A DNA stretch of 64,000 bases. Source: an uncultured Bacillota bacterium (GTDB lineage Bacteria > Sysuimicrobiota > Sysuimicrobiia > Sysuimicrobiales > Segetimicrobiaceae). The notes beneath the pieces were generated by a model. The model was given only the letters and a program-made list of their open reading frames with translations, searched no databases and had not been told where the DNA came from. Position numbers and translations under genes: made by a program. Location: positions 96,001 through 160,000 of the forward strand of contig CAWDRG010000022.1 of NCBI GenBank assembly GCA_963804645.1, read 5' to 3'. Position 1 is the first letter of the stretch, and each line of letters starts with the position of its first letter. Positions 10,052 through 21,150 of this stretch are shown piece by piece.

Positions 10052-11038
10052 GTGCGCGTCCTGATCACCGGCGGAGCCGGCTTCATCGGATCCCACCTGA
10101 CCGATGCGCTGCTGGAACGCGAGCACGAGGTCGTCGCCCTCGACGATCTCTCGACCGGCCGCCTGGCGAACCTCGAGCACCTGACCGCGCACCCGAGATT
10201 CCGCTGCGTGCAGGGCTCCGTCCTCGACGCGTCCGCGGTGTCGGCCCTCGTGGAGACCTGCGATGAGGTGTACCATCTCGCCGCCGCCGTCGGGGTCAAG
10301 TTCATACTCGCCCACCCCCTGCAGACGCTCGAGACGAACGTCAGGGGGACCGAAGTCGTGCTCGAGGCGGCGAGCCGAGCGGGCCGCAAGACGTTTCTCG
10401 CCTCCACCTCCGAAGTCTACGGCACGGGGGCCGCGCAGGGCACACAGCGGTTTCGGGAAACCGACCCCATCTGCCTCGGCCTCTCCCCGCGGTGGTGCTA
10501 CGCCACCTCCAAAGTCCTCGACGAGGCGCTCGCCCGCGCCTACGCCCACGAGACGCGCATGCCGGTCGTGATCGGGCGTCTGTTCAACACGGTCGGACCG
10601 CGGCAGCGGGGCGCGTACGGCATGGTCCTCCCACGGTTCGTCCAGCAAGCGCTCGCGGGAGACGCCATCACGGTCTATGGGGATGGGACGCACGTGCGGA
10701 GCTTCACCTGGGTCCACGACGTGGTGCGGGCGATGATGGCGCTCATGGCCCACCCGGACGCCGCCGGCGACGTCTACAACATCGGCAGTGAACAGGCGGT
10801 GACGATCGGGGCGCTGGCGGAGCGCGTACGCGCCCTCGCCGACAGCCGGTCCGAGATCACGCACACCGCGTACGCCGAGGCCTACGGGCCGGAGTTCGAA
10901 GAGCCCCGCTACCGCGTTCCCGACATCACCAAACTCTCCGAGCGCACCGGCTACCGTCCGACGAAGGGGCTCGATGACATTATCCGGGACGTCATCGCGT
11001 ATTTCCGGCGCGCGGGGACGCGGGAGGATGCCCGATGA
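10052..11038 (+). CDS. NAD-dependent nucleotide-sugar epimerase/dehydratase
   Basis: TGGAGFIGSHL, STSEVYG, YATSK and RLFNTVGPRQ motifs. Confidence 0.93.
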   Translation: MRVLITGGAGFIGSHLTDALLEREHEVVALDDLSTGRLANLEHLTAHPRFRCVQGSVLDASAVSALVETCDEVYHLAAAVGVKFILAHPLQTLETNVRGTEVVLEAASRAGRKTFLASTSEVYGTGAAQGTQRFRETDPICLGLSPRWCYATSKVLDEALARAYAHETRMPVVIGRLFNTVGPRQRGAYGMVLPRFVQQALAGDAITVYGDGTHVRSFTWVHDVVRAMMALMAHPDAAGDVYNIGSEQAVTIGALAERVRALADSRSEITHTAYAEAYGPEFEEPRYRVPDITKLSERTGYRPTKGLDDIIRDVIAYFRRAGTREDAR

Positions 11039-12372
11039 CGGCACGGGAGCTCACGGGGTCGACGGCGCGGGCGCTGGAACGCCGCATCACGGAACGGCGG
11101 GCGACCGTGGGCGTCATCGGACTCGGGTACGTCGGGTTGCCGCTGGCGGTCGGGTTCGCCCAGGCCGGCTTCCCGGTCGTGGGCTTCGAGACCGACCGGA
11201 CGCGCGCCGCGAGTCTCGCGCGCGGAGTCTCGTACGTGGAGGATGTGCCGGACGGCGCGTTGGGGCCGCTGGTCCTGCGCGGCCGCCTCACGAGCACACG
11301 CGAGTTCGGAGCGCTCGCCGCGACGGATGTCGCCGTCATTTGCGTGCAGACGCCGGTCACCGTAGCGCATGAGCCGGATCTGGCCTTTGTCGCCTCCGCC
11401 CTGCGAGCAGTCGCCCGCGGCCTGCACGCGGGACAGCTCGTCGTGCTGCAGAGCACCACCTATCCGGGAACCACCGAGGAAATCGCGCTCCCAGCGCTGA
11501 CACAGTCCGGGCTCCGCGTCGGCGAGGATTTCTTTCTGGCGTTCTCGCCCGAGCGGATCGACCCGGGTAACCGGCGCCACACGACGCGCACGATTCCGAG
11601 AGTGGTGGGCGGCATCACCCCGGTGTGCACGGCGCTGACGCAGCGGCTGTTCGAACAGCTCGAGACGCCGGTCTACCGGGTGTCGTCGGCACGCGCCGCG
11701 GAGATGACCAAGCTGCTCGAGAATGTGTTTCGCAGCGTGAACATCGCGCTCGTGAACGAATTCGCGCGCCTGTGCGAACCCCTGAGCATCGACATCTGGG
11801 AGGTGGTCGGCGCCGCCGCGACCAAGCCGTTCGGGTTCATGCCGTTCGATCCCGGCCCGGGCGTCGGGGGGCACTGCATCGCCGTGGACCCCTACCACCT
11901 CGCGTGGAAGGCCGCGGCGTGCGGGGTCCCCGCGCGGCTGACCGCGCTCGCGGCGGAGATCAACGAGGCCATGCCGTCCTACGTGGCCGACCGTGTGACC
12001 CAGGCGGTCGCGACCCACCGCCGCGCCCCCATCGCGGGCGCGCGCATTCTCGGGCTCGGCGCGAGCTACAAAGGCGACGTCGGAGACACGCGGGAATCTC
12101 CCGCGGTGAAGGTGCTGAGCCTGTTGAAGCAGCGCGGCGCGTTGATCGCCTACCACGATGCGCACGTCCCCCGCGTGTGGATCGACGGCACCGAGTACAC
12201 GTCCGTCGCCCTCACCCCGAGCGAGATTGGCGGCGCCGATTGTGTCGTCGTGTTGACGGCGCACGGAGACATCGACTACCGGCAGGTGGCCGAACACGCC
12301 CAGTTGGTGTTCGATACCCGGCATGCCGTGCCGCCCGGCGCGCCGTCGCACGGCACGATTCTGCGTCTGTAG
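11035..12372 (+). CDS. UDP-N-acetylhexosamine dehydrogenase (WecC/TviB family)
   Basis: GLGYVGLP, STTYPGTT, SPERIDPG and GPGVGGHCI motifs. Confidence 0.93.
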   Translation: MTARELTGSTARALERRITERRATVGVIGLGYVGLPLAVGFAQAGFPVVGFETDRTRAASLARGVSYVEDVPDGALGPLVLRGRLTSTREFGALAATDVAVICVQTPVTVAHEPDLAFVASALRAVARGLHAGQLVVLQSTTYPGTTEEIALPALTQSGLRVGEDFFLAFSPERIDPGNRRHTTRTIPRVVGGITPVCTALTQRLFEQLETPVYRVSSARAAEMTKLLENVFRSVNIALVNEFARLCEPLSIDIWEVVGAAATKPFGFMPFDPGPGVGGHCIAVDPYHLAWKAAACGVPARLTALAAEINEAMPSYVADRVTQAVATHRRAPIAGARILGLGASYKGDVGDTRESPAVKVLSLLKQRGALIAYHDAHVPRVWIDGTEYTSVALTPSEIGGADCVVVLTAHGDIDYRQVAEHAQLVFDTRHAVPPGAPSHGTILRL

Positions 12373-12524
12373 CGAGACCACGGGCATCCGCAGGGCGGCC
12401 GCCGAACGGGAATCGCCGGGACCGGGCGAGAAGGGCGCTGGTGCCGCACCGGCCGACGGCGACGCGCGCGGCGCACCCGCACGACGGAGCCGCCAACGAT
12501 CGTCCACACGGGGGGATCAGGACT

Positions 12525-13220
12525 GTGACGACAACCGCCGCCGCGCCCGGAGCCGAACTGCTCGCGGCGCGCGGGGTCACGAAGATCTACGACCGCGGGG
12601 CCGTCGAGGCGCTGCGGGGCGTCGATCTCGCACTGTACCGCGGCGAGATCGTCGCGATCATCGGGCCGAGCGGCAGCGGAAAGTCCACCCTGCTCCAACT
12701 GCTCGGCGGGCTTGATCGCCCGACCTCGGGGGAGATCCTGTACGAGGGGGTCCCGCTGGCCCATGGCCTCGACCCGGACCGGTTTCGCGCGACACGGGTG
12801 GGGTTCGTGTTCCAGACGTTCCATCTGCTGCCGACGCTGACCGCATCGCAGAACGTCCAGATCCCGATGTTCGAAGTCGAGCGGGCCGCGAGTCGGCGCC
12901 GCAGCAAAGCGGACGCACTCCTCCAGAGCGTCGGCCTGGCGCACCGGGCCAGCCATCTGCCATCGCAGCTCTCGGTGGGGGAGCGGCAGCGAGTCGCGAT
13001 CGCCCGCGCCCTGGCGAACGACCCGGTCGTCATTCTCGCGGACGAGCCGACCGGCAGCCTGGATTCGCGCGCCGCCGCGGACATCATGGGGCTGCTCGGG
13101 ACGATCAATCGCGACCGCGGGACCACCATCATGCTCATCACGCACGCCGCGGACGTCGCCGCCGCGGCGCACCGCGTGGTCCACATGCGGGACGGCCGCG
13201 TGGTGCCCGAGACACCATGA
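12525..13220 (+). CDS. ABC transporter ATP-binding protein (LolD/MacB-like)
   Basis: Walker A GPSGSGKS, signature LSVGERQR, ILADEPTG. Confidence 0.9.
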   Translation: MTTTAAAPGAELLAARGVTKIYDRGAVEALRGVDLALYRGEIVAIIGPSGSGKSTLLQLLGGLDRPTSGEILYEGVPLAHGLDPDRFRATRVGFVFQTFHLLPTLTASQNVQIPMFEVERAASRRRSKADALLQSVGLAHRASHLPSQLSVGERQRVAIARALANDPVVILADEPTGSLDSRAAADIMGLLGTINRDRGTTIMLITHAADVAAAAHRVVHMRDGRVVPETP

Positions 13221-13260
13221 CAACGGCAGCGACCGCGCCCCGGCGCCGGCGAGATCCACG

Positions 13261-14379
13261 ATGACGCAGTTCGCGTTGGTGCTCAGCGCGATCCGGGGGC
13301 GACCGCTCCGATCGCTGCTCACCGTCCTCGGCGTCGGGGTCGCCCTCGGCACCTTCCTGTGCTTCCAGAGCCTGGCGTGGGGCCTCGAAAAGAACTGGAT
13401 GGGCCTGTACCGCGATCGGGGCACCGATCTCATCGTCACCCAGGACACGTTTTTCGCAGGCGCGATCGCGCAGAGCGTCGGCGACGACATCCGGCGGCTG
13501 CCGGGCGTACGCAGCGTCACGCCGCTGATGTGGGGACTCTCGACCGTGGACGGACAACCGAGCATTCCGCTGACGGGCTGGGATCCAGACGCCTCCACCC
13601 TCGCGCACCTGACCGTGCGCGGGCGCCGCCCGGCCCCGAACGCGACGGAGGCGATTCTCGGGGCCTACGTCGCCCGCCGCTTGGGCAAGGACATCGGCGG
13701 AAGCGTGGAGATCGGCGGCACGCGCGTCGCGGTCGTCGGCGTCTTCACGGGCGAGAATGTCCTCGAGCTCGAAAGCGTCTACATTCCCCTCGGGTTGTTT
13801 CAGCAGCTGCGCGGCGCACCGGGAGTCGTCGGCGGGTTCTACGTCGACGTGGTGCGAGGAAACGACACGGCCGCCACCGAGGCGTCGATCGCCCAGGTCA
13901 CGCGGGCGATCGACGCGCGGTTTCCCCGACTGGTCACCTACCGCACCGACGATTTCGCGCGAAATAACGATATCGTGGGCCTGACACGCGCCACCGCGTG
14001 GGGCACGTCGGTGATCGCGTTCTGCGTGGCCGTCTTGGGCGTCCTCAACACCATGAGCATGGCCGTGCTCGAACGCACGCGCGAGATCGGCCTGTTGCGC
14101 GCCGTCGGGTGGCGCCGCCGCCGCGTGCTCGGGCTGCTCCTCTCGGAGTCGGTTCTGCTCACCACGGCGGGCGGTGGACTCGGGATCGCCCTGGCGGCGG
14201 TGGGGCTCCGTGTGCTCGCTCAGGTTCCGAGGATGCGCGTCCTCGCGATCACCGGGAGCCCGCCGGAACTGTACGTGGAGACACTCCTCATCGGTTTGGT
14301 GCTCGGCCTCCTCGGCGGGCTCCTCCCCGCCCACCGCGCGGCCCAGATTTCGCCCGCGGACGCGCTGCGTCACGAGTAG
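13261..14379 (+). CDS. ABC permease, MacB/FtsX family
   Basis: RSLLTVLGV, ERTREIGLLRAVGW and PADALRHE motifs. Confidence 0.9.
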   Translation: MTQFALVLSAIRGRPLRSLLTVLGVGVALGTFLCFQSLAWGLEKNWMGLYRDRGTDLIVTQDTFFAGAIAQSVGDDIRRLPGVRSVTPLMWGLSTVDGQPSIPLTGWDPDASTLAHLTVRGRRPAPNATEAILGAYVARRLGKDIGGSVEIGGTRVAVVGVFTGENVLELESVYIPLGLFQQLRGAPGVVGGFYVDVVRGNDTAATEASIAQVTRAIDARFPRLVTYRTDDFARNNDIVGLTRATAWGTSVIAFCVAVLGVLNTMSMAVLERTREIGLLRAVGWRRRRVLGLLLSESVLLTTAGGGLGIALAAVGLRVLAQVPRMRVLAITGSPPELYVETLLIGLVLGLLGGLLPAHRAAQISPADALRHE

Positions 14380-14450
14380 CCGCACGGCATCGTCCGCGCC
14401 GCCCTCGGCACGACGGCGGCGCGGACGACGACCGATGTCGGGGAGCTCCT

Positions 14451-15071
14451 CTAGTGCGTTTGCGGCGACGGCCCTGGCTGCGGGGTCTGCAGCGCCGGCT
14501 GGGCCTGCGGCTGAATGCGAATCGAGTTGATGATCGGCGTCAACGCCGCCGCATGCGCCGCCAGTGTCGCGGGATCATTCGCCGTCGTCCCCGTCAGCAC
14601 GTACACCTGGCCGAGATCGACGATGCAGACCTGCTTGCTCCATCGATTTTGGCCCGTCGGCGCCTTCCAGCTGTAGACGTGTGAATACGCCGGGAACCCT
14701 CCCACGCTCGTGGGCCCCTGGCTGACGGTGGTGTAGGTGATGTGGGCGAAATGCTGCGTCACCCACTCCGCCTCGTTCTCGCACGACTGCGGCGACATCC
14801 CCGAGAGCGCGGCGTGCACAACGACGTCGACGCTATCGGGCAGCCCACCGGTCGCCGTCGGCGCGGTCGCCGCGAGCGTGACGTTGCCGTCCGGCGACTT
14901 GACCGTCCACGCCGCAGGCACGCTGAGCGCGACCTGATTCTTCGTATCGTGCACCGTTCGGAGCGGCGGGGTCGCCGCCGCGGCGATCGCCGCGGACGCG
15001 AGCACCGTGCCCGCACCGACGAGGATCGCCACACGTATTCTCCGCATCATTTGCCGCATCATCACGATCAC
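14451..15071 (-). CDS. Secreted protein (possible PsbP/DcrB-like fold)
   Basis: Signal peptide followed by a VALSVPAAW...VYVLTGT pattern. Confidence 0.5.
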   Translation of the reverse strand: MIVMMRQMMRRIRVAILVGAGTVLASAAIAAAATPPLRTVHDTKNQVALSVPAAWTVKSPDGNVTLAATAPTATGGLPDSVDVVVHAALSGMSPQSCENEAEWVTQHFAHITYTTVSQGPTSVGGFPAYSHVYSWKAPTGQNRWSKQVCIVDLGQVYVLTGTTANDPATLAAHAAALTPIINSIRIQPQAQPALQTPQPGPSPQTH

Positions 15072-15339
15072 CTCGCCGAGAGTTTACCCAGAAGTCCGCA
15101 CGCGCCAATCCCTTCTTCGCCAGGGGCGAACGGAATTGAGTTCCCGGCTCAGTCGAGCCACTCAGGTGACTCGCGGGCGAGACCGTGTGGCTCCATGTGC
15201 GCCTGCGCGACATGCGGCGCATACCGCGGTGGTGCGGGTCACGACGCGTCGCCCCGCCGAGGGCGCGGACAAGAATCCCGATGCGTCGCCGCTGACACCG
15301 TCGTCCACGCGACCAACGGCGACAGCTTGGCCTACAGCG

Positions 15340-15597
15340 TTATGCCTCCGGATTCCTGATGGTTCGCAGCACCCGGTCCATGTCGATGAGAAAGTCGCCG
15401 AGGTCTCCCGAGACCTTCCCGTCCAGCGAATCGATGAGCTGGCGCACGGATTCCGGCCATGATTTGATCTTGAGGTAGAGATCCGTCGCCGCCTTCACAG
15501 CCCGCGCGTCGGGAGAGAGGTGGCTCTGTCCGCCATTCATCACTCGGTTCAGATCTGCGACCTGTCGCATGAGTGCACGCGCTCCCGACATATCCAT
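15340..15597 (-). CDS. Small hypothetical protein
   Basis: Compact ORF (MDMSGARALMRQVADL...); no recognised motif. Confidence 0.4.
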   Translation of the reverse strand: MDMSGARALMRQVADLNRVMNGGQSHLSPDARAVKAATDLYLKIKSWPESVRQLIDSLDGKVSGDLGDFLIDMDRVLRTIRNPEA

Positions 15598-16288
15598 CGT
15601 CGACACCCCCCCGTGATAGACACTCGCGGTGTCACCGGTGACCCGGCCAAGCGGTATGCGCCCACCCGTCATTCAGCCGTTCCGCGCACGTTCCCCCCCC
15701 AGATTTCCGGCAAACATTGACCGTCGAGTGCGCAATTCCTTCTCGGCCCGCGCCTCAGGGGAATGAGTGCCAACACCGCCGACCGTCCGCGGCAGACGGG
15801 TGCCGCCCCTGGCGGAGGCGCGGGGGCACACCGGTCCGGCATCCCCCACCTTCCAGACCCGGGGGGTCGGCCGAGACCAAATATCAGAATCCGTCACGAC
15901 GCAAGGGGTTTCGCTGGTGGAGTGTATGGGAAGGAAGAGTACCGCGGCACGATACGTCACGCGGTGCTGCCGGCGCTCGCGGCGCAGTTCGTGGGTGACC
16001 GATCCCATGCGGCGGGGGCCGTACTTACGGCCGATCCTGAGCGCGTGCTTCACGTACCGCGCGCTGCTGCTCGCGGCCCTCAACTGGAGCCATCTCGTGC
16101 TGGCGACCCTCGCCCGCGGGCGCTAGCCGCGCTCGCGCTCCGGCTCGCGATTACCCTGATGAATCGGAAGAGCGTCGGCTTCCGGTTCTACGTGAACGCC
16201 GGCGGCCGCCCGCCTGAGACGCTGACCGCGATCCCCGGACGAGGACGCCGCAACGACAGCGCGTCCTCGTCCGGCGTCGATCGCACGC

Positions 16289-16645
16289 CTAGCGGCGGAG
16301 GTACGTGTCAGTCTTGTCGATCCAATCCTGCCGCGGCGGGCTGAAAAAGTCCATTTCCACGGTATCCTCGACCATCTCGGCGCCGTGCGGGACGCCGCCC
16401 GGGATCAGCAGCACCTCGCCGGGGGACAGCATCAGCTCACCGTCCGGAAACGTAAACCGCATGAGGCCGGACAGGCAGTGGGTCAGCTGCTCGTTCTCGT
16501 GGTCGTGGACCGGCACCACGGTGCCGCGCTTGAATTCGAGCAAGCTGACCATGATCCGGTCCCCCCACAACAGCCGCCGTACCATGCCGGGATTCACCGC
16601 TTCCGGTTCGAGATCCGAGAGTCGACGGTGCACGGGACGTCGCAT
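16289..16645 (-). CDS. Cupin domain protein
   Basis: PVHDHENEQ, IPGGVPH and DFFSPPRQDW motifs. Confidence 0.9.
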   Translation of the reverse strand: MRRPVHRRLSDLEPEAVNPGMVRRLLWGDRIMVSLLEFKRGTVVPVHDHENEQLTHCLSGLMRFTFPDGELMLSPGEVLLIPGGVPHGAEMVEDTVEMDFFSPPRQDWIDKTDTYLRR

Positions 16646-16804
16646 GCGAGCCCTCCTTCGAACGTTGCGCGGTCGCCTGTCCGTGTGGAACGCGCCATCC
16701 GATCGCGTCGTCGATGTTCACTTCCGCGCGGGCGTCGGCGTTCCTCGCCCGCGCAGCACGGCGGGAGGGCTCGTCAGACGCCGACGCGTCTCGCCGGCCC
16801 CGGT

Positions 16805-17971
16805 CTAGCGCCGCAGGCGCTCATCGAACGGAAAATCCGTCAGCAGCCGGGACCCGGACTCGGTAATGACGACCGTGTCTTCCAGCTCGACGCCGCCCAC
16901 TGTGAGATCGTCAAAGGTATAGAGGGACGGTTCCAGGTTGATCACCATGCCGGGCTGCAGCGGCACGTCGACCCCGGGACCCAGAAGCGGCTCGCCGTGC
17001 AACCCAAACCCCAGTTGATGCCCGCTCGCCCATCCCTGCGCATACCTGCCGAGCCCGGCGTCGTGGACGACCCGGCGCACGGCGGCGTCGACCGCCGAGC
17101 AGAGGACGCCCGGTTTCGCGGTCTTCACCGCCTCCTGCAGGGCATCGTAGGCGGTGCGATAGAGCCTCCGCTGGGGAGCGGTCGGCTCGCCGACCACGAT
17201 GGTCCTGGCGAAATCACCCGTGTAGCCTCGGTGCACGCACCCGAAGTCGAGAATCACCATCTCGCCCGACTCAATCCGCCGGGTCGTCGCGACGCGCTCC
17301 CAGATGGCTGCGTTCGGGCCGGACGCGACGACGGGGATGAAGGGGTTCATTTCGGATCCGAGGGTCCGCATGCGATACTCCGCTGCCGCCGACACCTCGA
17401 TCTCCGTCCGGCCGGGCGCCGCCGCCTCGATCGCCGCGGCCGTTCCCTCCTGCGCGATCTTCAACGCGCGTTCGATCAAGACGACTTCCAGGGGGTGCTT
17501 GATCGCGGCGATGTCGACCCAGACGTCGCCGGCGTCGATCAGCTCCAACCCGGGCAGGCGATCGCGCAGACCCTGATACATGAACTGCGGCAGCAGATCG
17601 AACCCAACGCGTCCATGCGCCAGCGAATAGTCCGCGAGCATCACGGCAAGCGCCGCGGGCCACTCCGCGAGTCGCGGCAGGCGCCGCGTCTCGCGCACCC
17701 GGCTCCGGATCGCCGCGCGCCGCTCCTCGCCCGCGGTTGTAAACCCCAGCACCGCGTCGCGGCCGCGCGGGACCAACGCGGCGTACTCGATGTCGAGAAA
17801 CGGACGATAGCCCTTCGCGTAAAACTCGGTGACGTACCGCACCGCGTCGTGCTTCAGGAGCAGCAGCGCGTCGAGATCTCGGCGGATCAGCGCGTCCTGG
17901 ACCTTCTGAATCTTGGCGCGGTGGACGTCATCTCCACAGTAGAACAGCGGTTCCAGGTCTAAGGTCGTCAC
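16805..17971 (-). CDS. Xaa-Pro aminopeptidase family (M24)
   Basis: LDFG...GYTGDFART, GHQLG...HGEP, NLEP and GVELED motifs. Confidence 0.9.
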   Translation of the reverse strand: MTTLDLEPLFYCGDDVHRAKIQKVQDALIRRDLDALLLLKHDAVRYVTEFYAKGYRPFLDIEYAALVPRGRDAVLGFTTAGEERRAAIRSRVRETRRLPRLAEWPAALAVMLADYSLAHGRVGFDLLPQFMYQGLRDRLPGLELIDAGDVWVDIAAIKHPLEVVLIERALKIAQEGTAAAIEAAAPGRTEIEVSAAAEYRMRTLGSEMNPFIPVVASGPNAAIWERVATTRRIESGEMVILDFGCVHRGYTGDFARTIVVGEPTAPQRRLYRTAYDALQEAVKTAKPGVLCSAVDAAVRRVVHDAGLGRYAQGWASGHQLGFGLHGEPLLGPGVDVPLQPGMVINLEPSLYTFDDLTVGGVELEDTVVITESGSRLLTDFPFDERLRR

Positions 17972-18050
17972 CGCGCCCCCCCGTCGGCGCCGCTGGCGCG
18001 CCGTCCTCCAACGCTCCCACCGCGCCGCCGCGGCGGCGGCGCCGGTGACG

Positions 18051-18908
18051 CTACACGAATAAGGGGCGCATCGCCAGCCGCGCGATCTGGTCCTGCATCA
18101 GCGCCGGATCCGGCGGGGCCGTGAATCGACTCGCAGCATCCAACACCTTCGGCAGCAGCGCGATGTCGCCCACCGTATTCAGAAACACGCCGGGCCGACC
18201 AAGGACCCAGTGCACCGCGAGGTCGATGTCGTGCTGGTCCTCGAACGGTTGGTACCAGGTGGCACGCGTGCGCGGGTTCCCCCACCACGGGCTCCGCGCG
18301 ATCGCCTTGATCGTCTGCACCGCGACGTTCCGCTCGCGGCACGTCGCGACGACGCGGTCGAACATCGCGGCGTAGTGGGCGTCCTGCATCGCGATATAGC
18401 TGCACGGCAGCAACACCGAGTCGAACTCGAATCGTTCGAGGCTCCGCAGGTGCGTCGCCGCGATCTGTGTTCCGTGCCCCGTCACGCCGATGTACCGGAC
18501 CAGGCCCGCCGCGCGCGCCTCGACACACGCGTCCAGCGCGCCCCCGGGGCTGAGCGCGGTATCCCACTCGATCGGGTCGGCGAGGTTATGCAGCTGGATC
18601 AGGTCGACGTACGGGACGCCCATCCGTTCGAGCGAGAGGTGGATCTGGCGCTTGGCCGCGTCGTAGGTCCGCCCACCCGTCTTGGTGGCGAGGAAGACCC
18701 GGTCACGGTGCGTCTTCAGCCATGGAGCCAGCCGCAGTTCAGCGTCCCCATAGCTCGCGGCGACATCGATGTGATTCACCCCGTAGCGCAGGAGCAGATC
18801 GAGCGTGCGGTCCGCGTCGTCCTGACTGACACGGCCGAGCGCCGCAGCACCGAAGATCGTCCGGGTGCTCGCGTGTCCGGTACGGCCGAACGGGTGCGTC
18901 GCGATCAT
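18051..18908 (-). CDS. Aldo/keto reductase
   Basis: [32 protein letters not shown] and IGVTGH motifs. Confidence 0.9.
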   Translation of the reverse strand: MIATHPFGRTGHASTRTIFGAAALGRVSQDDADRTLDLLLRYGVNHIDVAASYGDAELRLAPWLKTHRDRVFLATKTGGRTYDAAKRQIHLSLERMGVPYVDLIQLHNLADPIEWDTALSPGGALDACVEARAAGLVRYIGVTGHGTQIAATHLRSLERFEFDSVLLPCSYIAMQDAHYAAMFDRVVATCRERNVAVQTIKAIARSPWWGNPRTRATWYQPFEDQHDIDLAVHWVLGRPGVFLNTVGDIALLPKVLDAASRFTAPPDPALMQDQIARLAMRPLFV

Positions 18909-19116
18909 GACCGGTCCTCCCCTACTCCGCGGTCTGGAGATGAGAGCCCGCGTGCCGCTCGAGCGTCACGAAACCACCCGTGCTAAGCACAGTCTACCGC
19001 ACGCGCAGGGACGCGCGCAAATACCGCGCACGTGGGCATCGGACGGATTCCGTCCGGTCCGCACGCCGCCGCGCGCGTCCACTACCACGGCAGCGGCGGC
19101 ACGGGGGGCAGGCGCG

Positions 19117-19323
19117 TAGTGCGTGCCTCCCGTGAAGACATGACGCACGTGCTTCGTCGCGGAGATGTCCTCGAGGGGGTGTCCCGCGAGCCGCACGATA
19201 TCCGCTGACGAACACCGTGAAGCCGGTGCGGAGCACGATCGAGCCCATCTCCTCGGCGACCGCCTGCAGCCGGTTGTGAAGACTCTCGAGGAAGACGCGG
19301 TCCTCCGACGATGCGTGCGTCAT
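19117..19323 (-). pseudogene. Fused fragments: hydantoinase B/oxoprolinase N-terminus joined out of frame to an amidohydrolase C-terminus
   Basis: LESLHNRLQAVAEEMGSIVLRTGFT, then in another frame ADIVRLAGHPLEDISATKHVRHVFTGG; junction near 19205. Confidence 0.7.
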
Positions 19324-19499
19324 GAGGGCTCCGGCGCCGGGCAGTCCTGCCAGGCCGCGCCCGCGTCGATCTCGCGCATCGTTCGCCGCTCGACGCAATC
19401 GCGCAGCGACGGCGGATACGTCATGAGACTGCGTTTCAGGGTAAATGTGCCCCCGATATCCACGCCCAGCCGATCACGTCCCACCATCCGGCCTGCCCC

Positions 19500-20381
19500 C
19501 TAGCGCGCCGACCCACCATGCGGCTTCGATTCTTTTCGTCCAACTGACTGGGTCTGGCCGACTGGCGCCGCAAGGGTACGCTCCAGCAGGCGAGCGTCTC
19601 CCAGACGCTCCGACCACCTCGCGAATGCGGCAGTGGGCCCGCGCCACCGAAGCTCGTCCGCGTCGTCGAACAGGTGCGCATCGGTTCTGAGCGTGGCCAG
19701 ACCTTTGAACAGCAGCGCCAGGTCGCGCCGATCTCCATCCAAAGCGGCAGGTGGAAAATTTTCAATGGTTCCGTACCGGTTGAGCAGCCGCGCCGCTCCG
19801 ACCGGACCGATTCTTGGTATCCCTGGATATCCGTCCGCGGTGTCACCGACAAGGGCGAGGAAGTCGGGGATCAGCGCGGGTACTACGCCGAACTTGGCGC
19901 GCACTCCTTCCGCGTCGAGGGTCTTCTGCCCCCTGCGGTCGACCTGCACGATCCTGTCGCCGCGCACGCACTGCGCCAGATCTTTGTCAGGAGACCAGAT
20001 GCAGATCTTCTCCACGCCACGGTTCCGGCACGCGATGTGCGCGGCGGAAGCGAGGCCGTCGTCGGCCTCGAGCTCGGTCATCGGCCACACGGCGACACCC
20101 ATGGCCGCGAGCGCTTCTTCGAGCGGATGAAACTGCGAGAGGAGAGCGGGTTCGACGCCTTCCCCGGTCTTGTAACCAGGCCACAGGTCATTGCGGAAGG
20201 ACTCAATGACGTGGTCGGTCGCAACACCGAGGTGGGTCGCTCCGGTCTCGATCATCTGCAACACCGTATGGAGTACGCCGTTCACGGCGCCGAGGGGTGG
20301 ATCACCGCTCTGGTGGAATCGGCGAAGACCGTAAAAGTGGCGAAACAACTCGTAGGTGCCGTCTACGAGGTGAACAATCAT
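19500..20381 (-). CDS. Stand-alone 5'-3' exonuclease/flap endonuclease (PolA N-terminal family)
   Basis: HLVDGTYELFR, FRNDLWPGYK, EADD, DKDL and LVGDTADGYPGIPRIG motifs. Confidence 0.92.
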   Translation of the reverse strand: MIVHLVDGTYELFRHFYGLRRFHQSGDPPLGAVNGVLHTVLQMIETGATHLGVATDHVIESFRNDLWPGYKTGEGVEPALLSQFHPLEEALAAMGVAVWPMTELEADDGLASAAHIACRNRGVEKICIWSPDKDLAQCVRGDRIVQVDRRGQKTLDAEGVRAKFGVVPALIPDFLALVGDTADGYPGIPRIGPVGAARLLNRYGTIENFPPAALDGDRRDLALLFKGLATLRTDAHLFDDADELRWRGPTAAFARWSERLGDARLLERTLAAPVGQTQSVGRKESKPHGGSAR

Positions 20382-20427
20382 GGCGCGGTGAAGTGGCGAG
20401 GCGCCTTGCGCGACACAGCGATTGCCC

Positions 20428-20715
20428 TTACCGCCGAACCGCAGGCGCAGCGCCGAATCTCTCGGCGGTGCGAGCCTTCGCCCTCGCGGCCTCCACTTGT
20501 CGATTCTTTGCCGGTGCGGTGGTGTCGAGCGAACGGAGAAACCGAGTCGAGGCGGCGGCGATGTCATCCACCGCAGCCAGGAACGCGCCTTCGTTGATCC
20601 GTGACGGTTTGGTAAATCCGCTGAATTTTCTCACGAACTGAAGTGACGCGTCTCGGATCTCCTCGACAGTGGCAGGGGGATCGTAATTGAAGAGGGTTCT
20701 GATGTTCCGGCACAT
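20428..20715 (-). CDS. DUF2277 family protein
   Basis: MCRNIRTLFNYDPPAT..EI..ASLQFVRKFSGFTKPS. Confidence 0.85.
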   Translation of the reverse strand: MCRNIRTLFNYDPPATVEEIRDASLQFVRKFSGFTKPSRINEGAFLAAVDDIAAASTRFLRSLDTTAPAKNRQVEAARAKARTAERFGAAPAVRR

Positions 20716-20989
20716 TCGACAAGCCCTCAACGGTGAGACATGCTCACATGGCGTGAGCGGCGCTGTGTTGCTTCGGGCAATTCTCGTCTGCATTCCTACT
20801 TTCCTCGGCAGGTGCCGAGCACGCCAACGCACGTGAAACTCCGGAAGGATTCGCGTCTTGGCTTATGCCTCTAGGTCCCTCATCCACGCTCATCGTCACG
20901 GGTTCCGTTCGTGGCTGAGTTTCCTCAAGGCGATCCTATCGCTGTGCGTACACTCGCTCAGGTTCACGACCAAGAGCTCCGTGAACGCG

Positions 20990-21150
20990 CCCGCGAGCAT
21001 CACGACCGCATCCCGCACTTGCGCTGGAAAATCGGGGCGTTGCTGGGATTCGGCGTCCGCGCCGATTACTTCGACTATGTGAACATGTTTGTCGCCGCCC
21101 CGCAGCTCCAGCAGCTCTTCCACCTCGGTCCGGCCCAGATCGGCCTGTTC
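20990..21150 (+). pseudogene. MFS transporter N-terminal fragment
   Basis: DRIPHLRWKIGALLGFG...DYFDYVNMFVAAPQL...LGPAQIGL resembles TM1-2 of sugar/aromatic-acid MFS; truncated. Confidence 0.45.
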
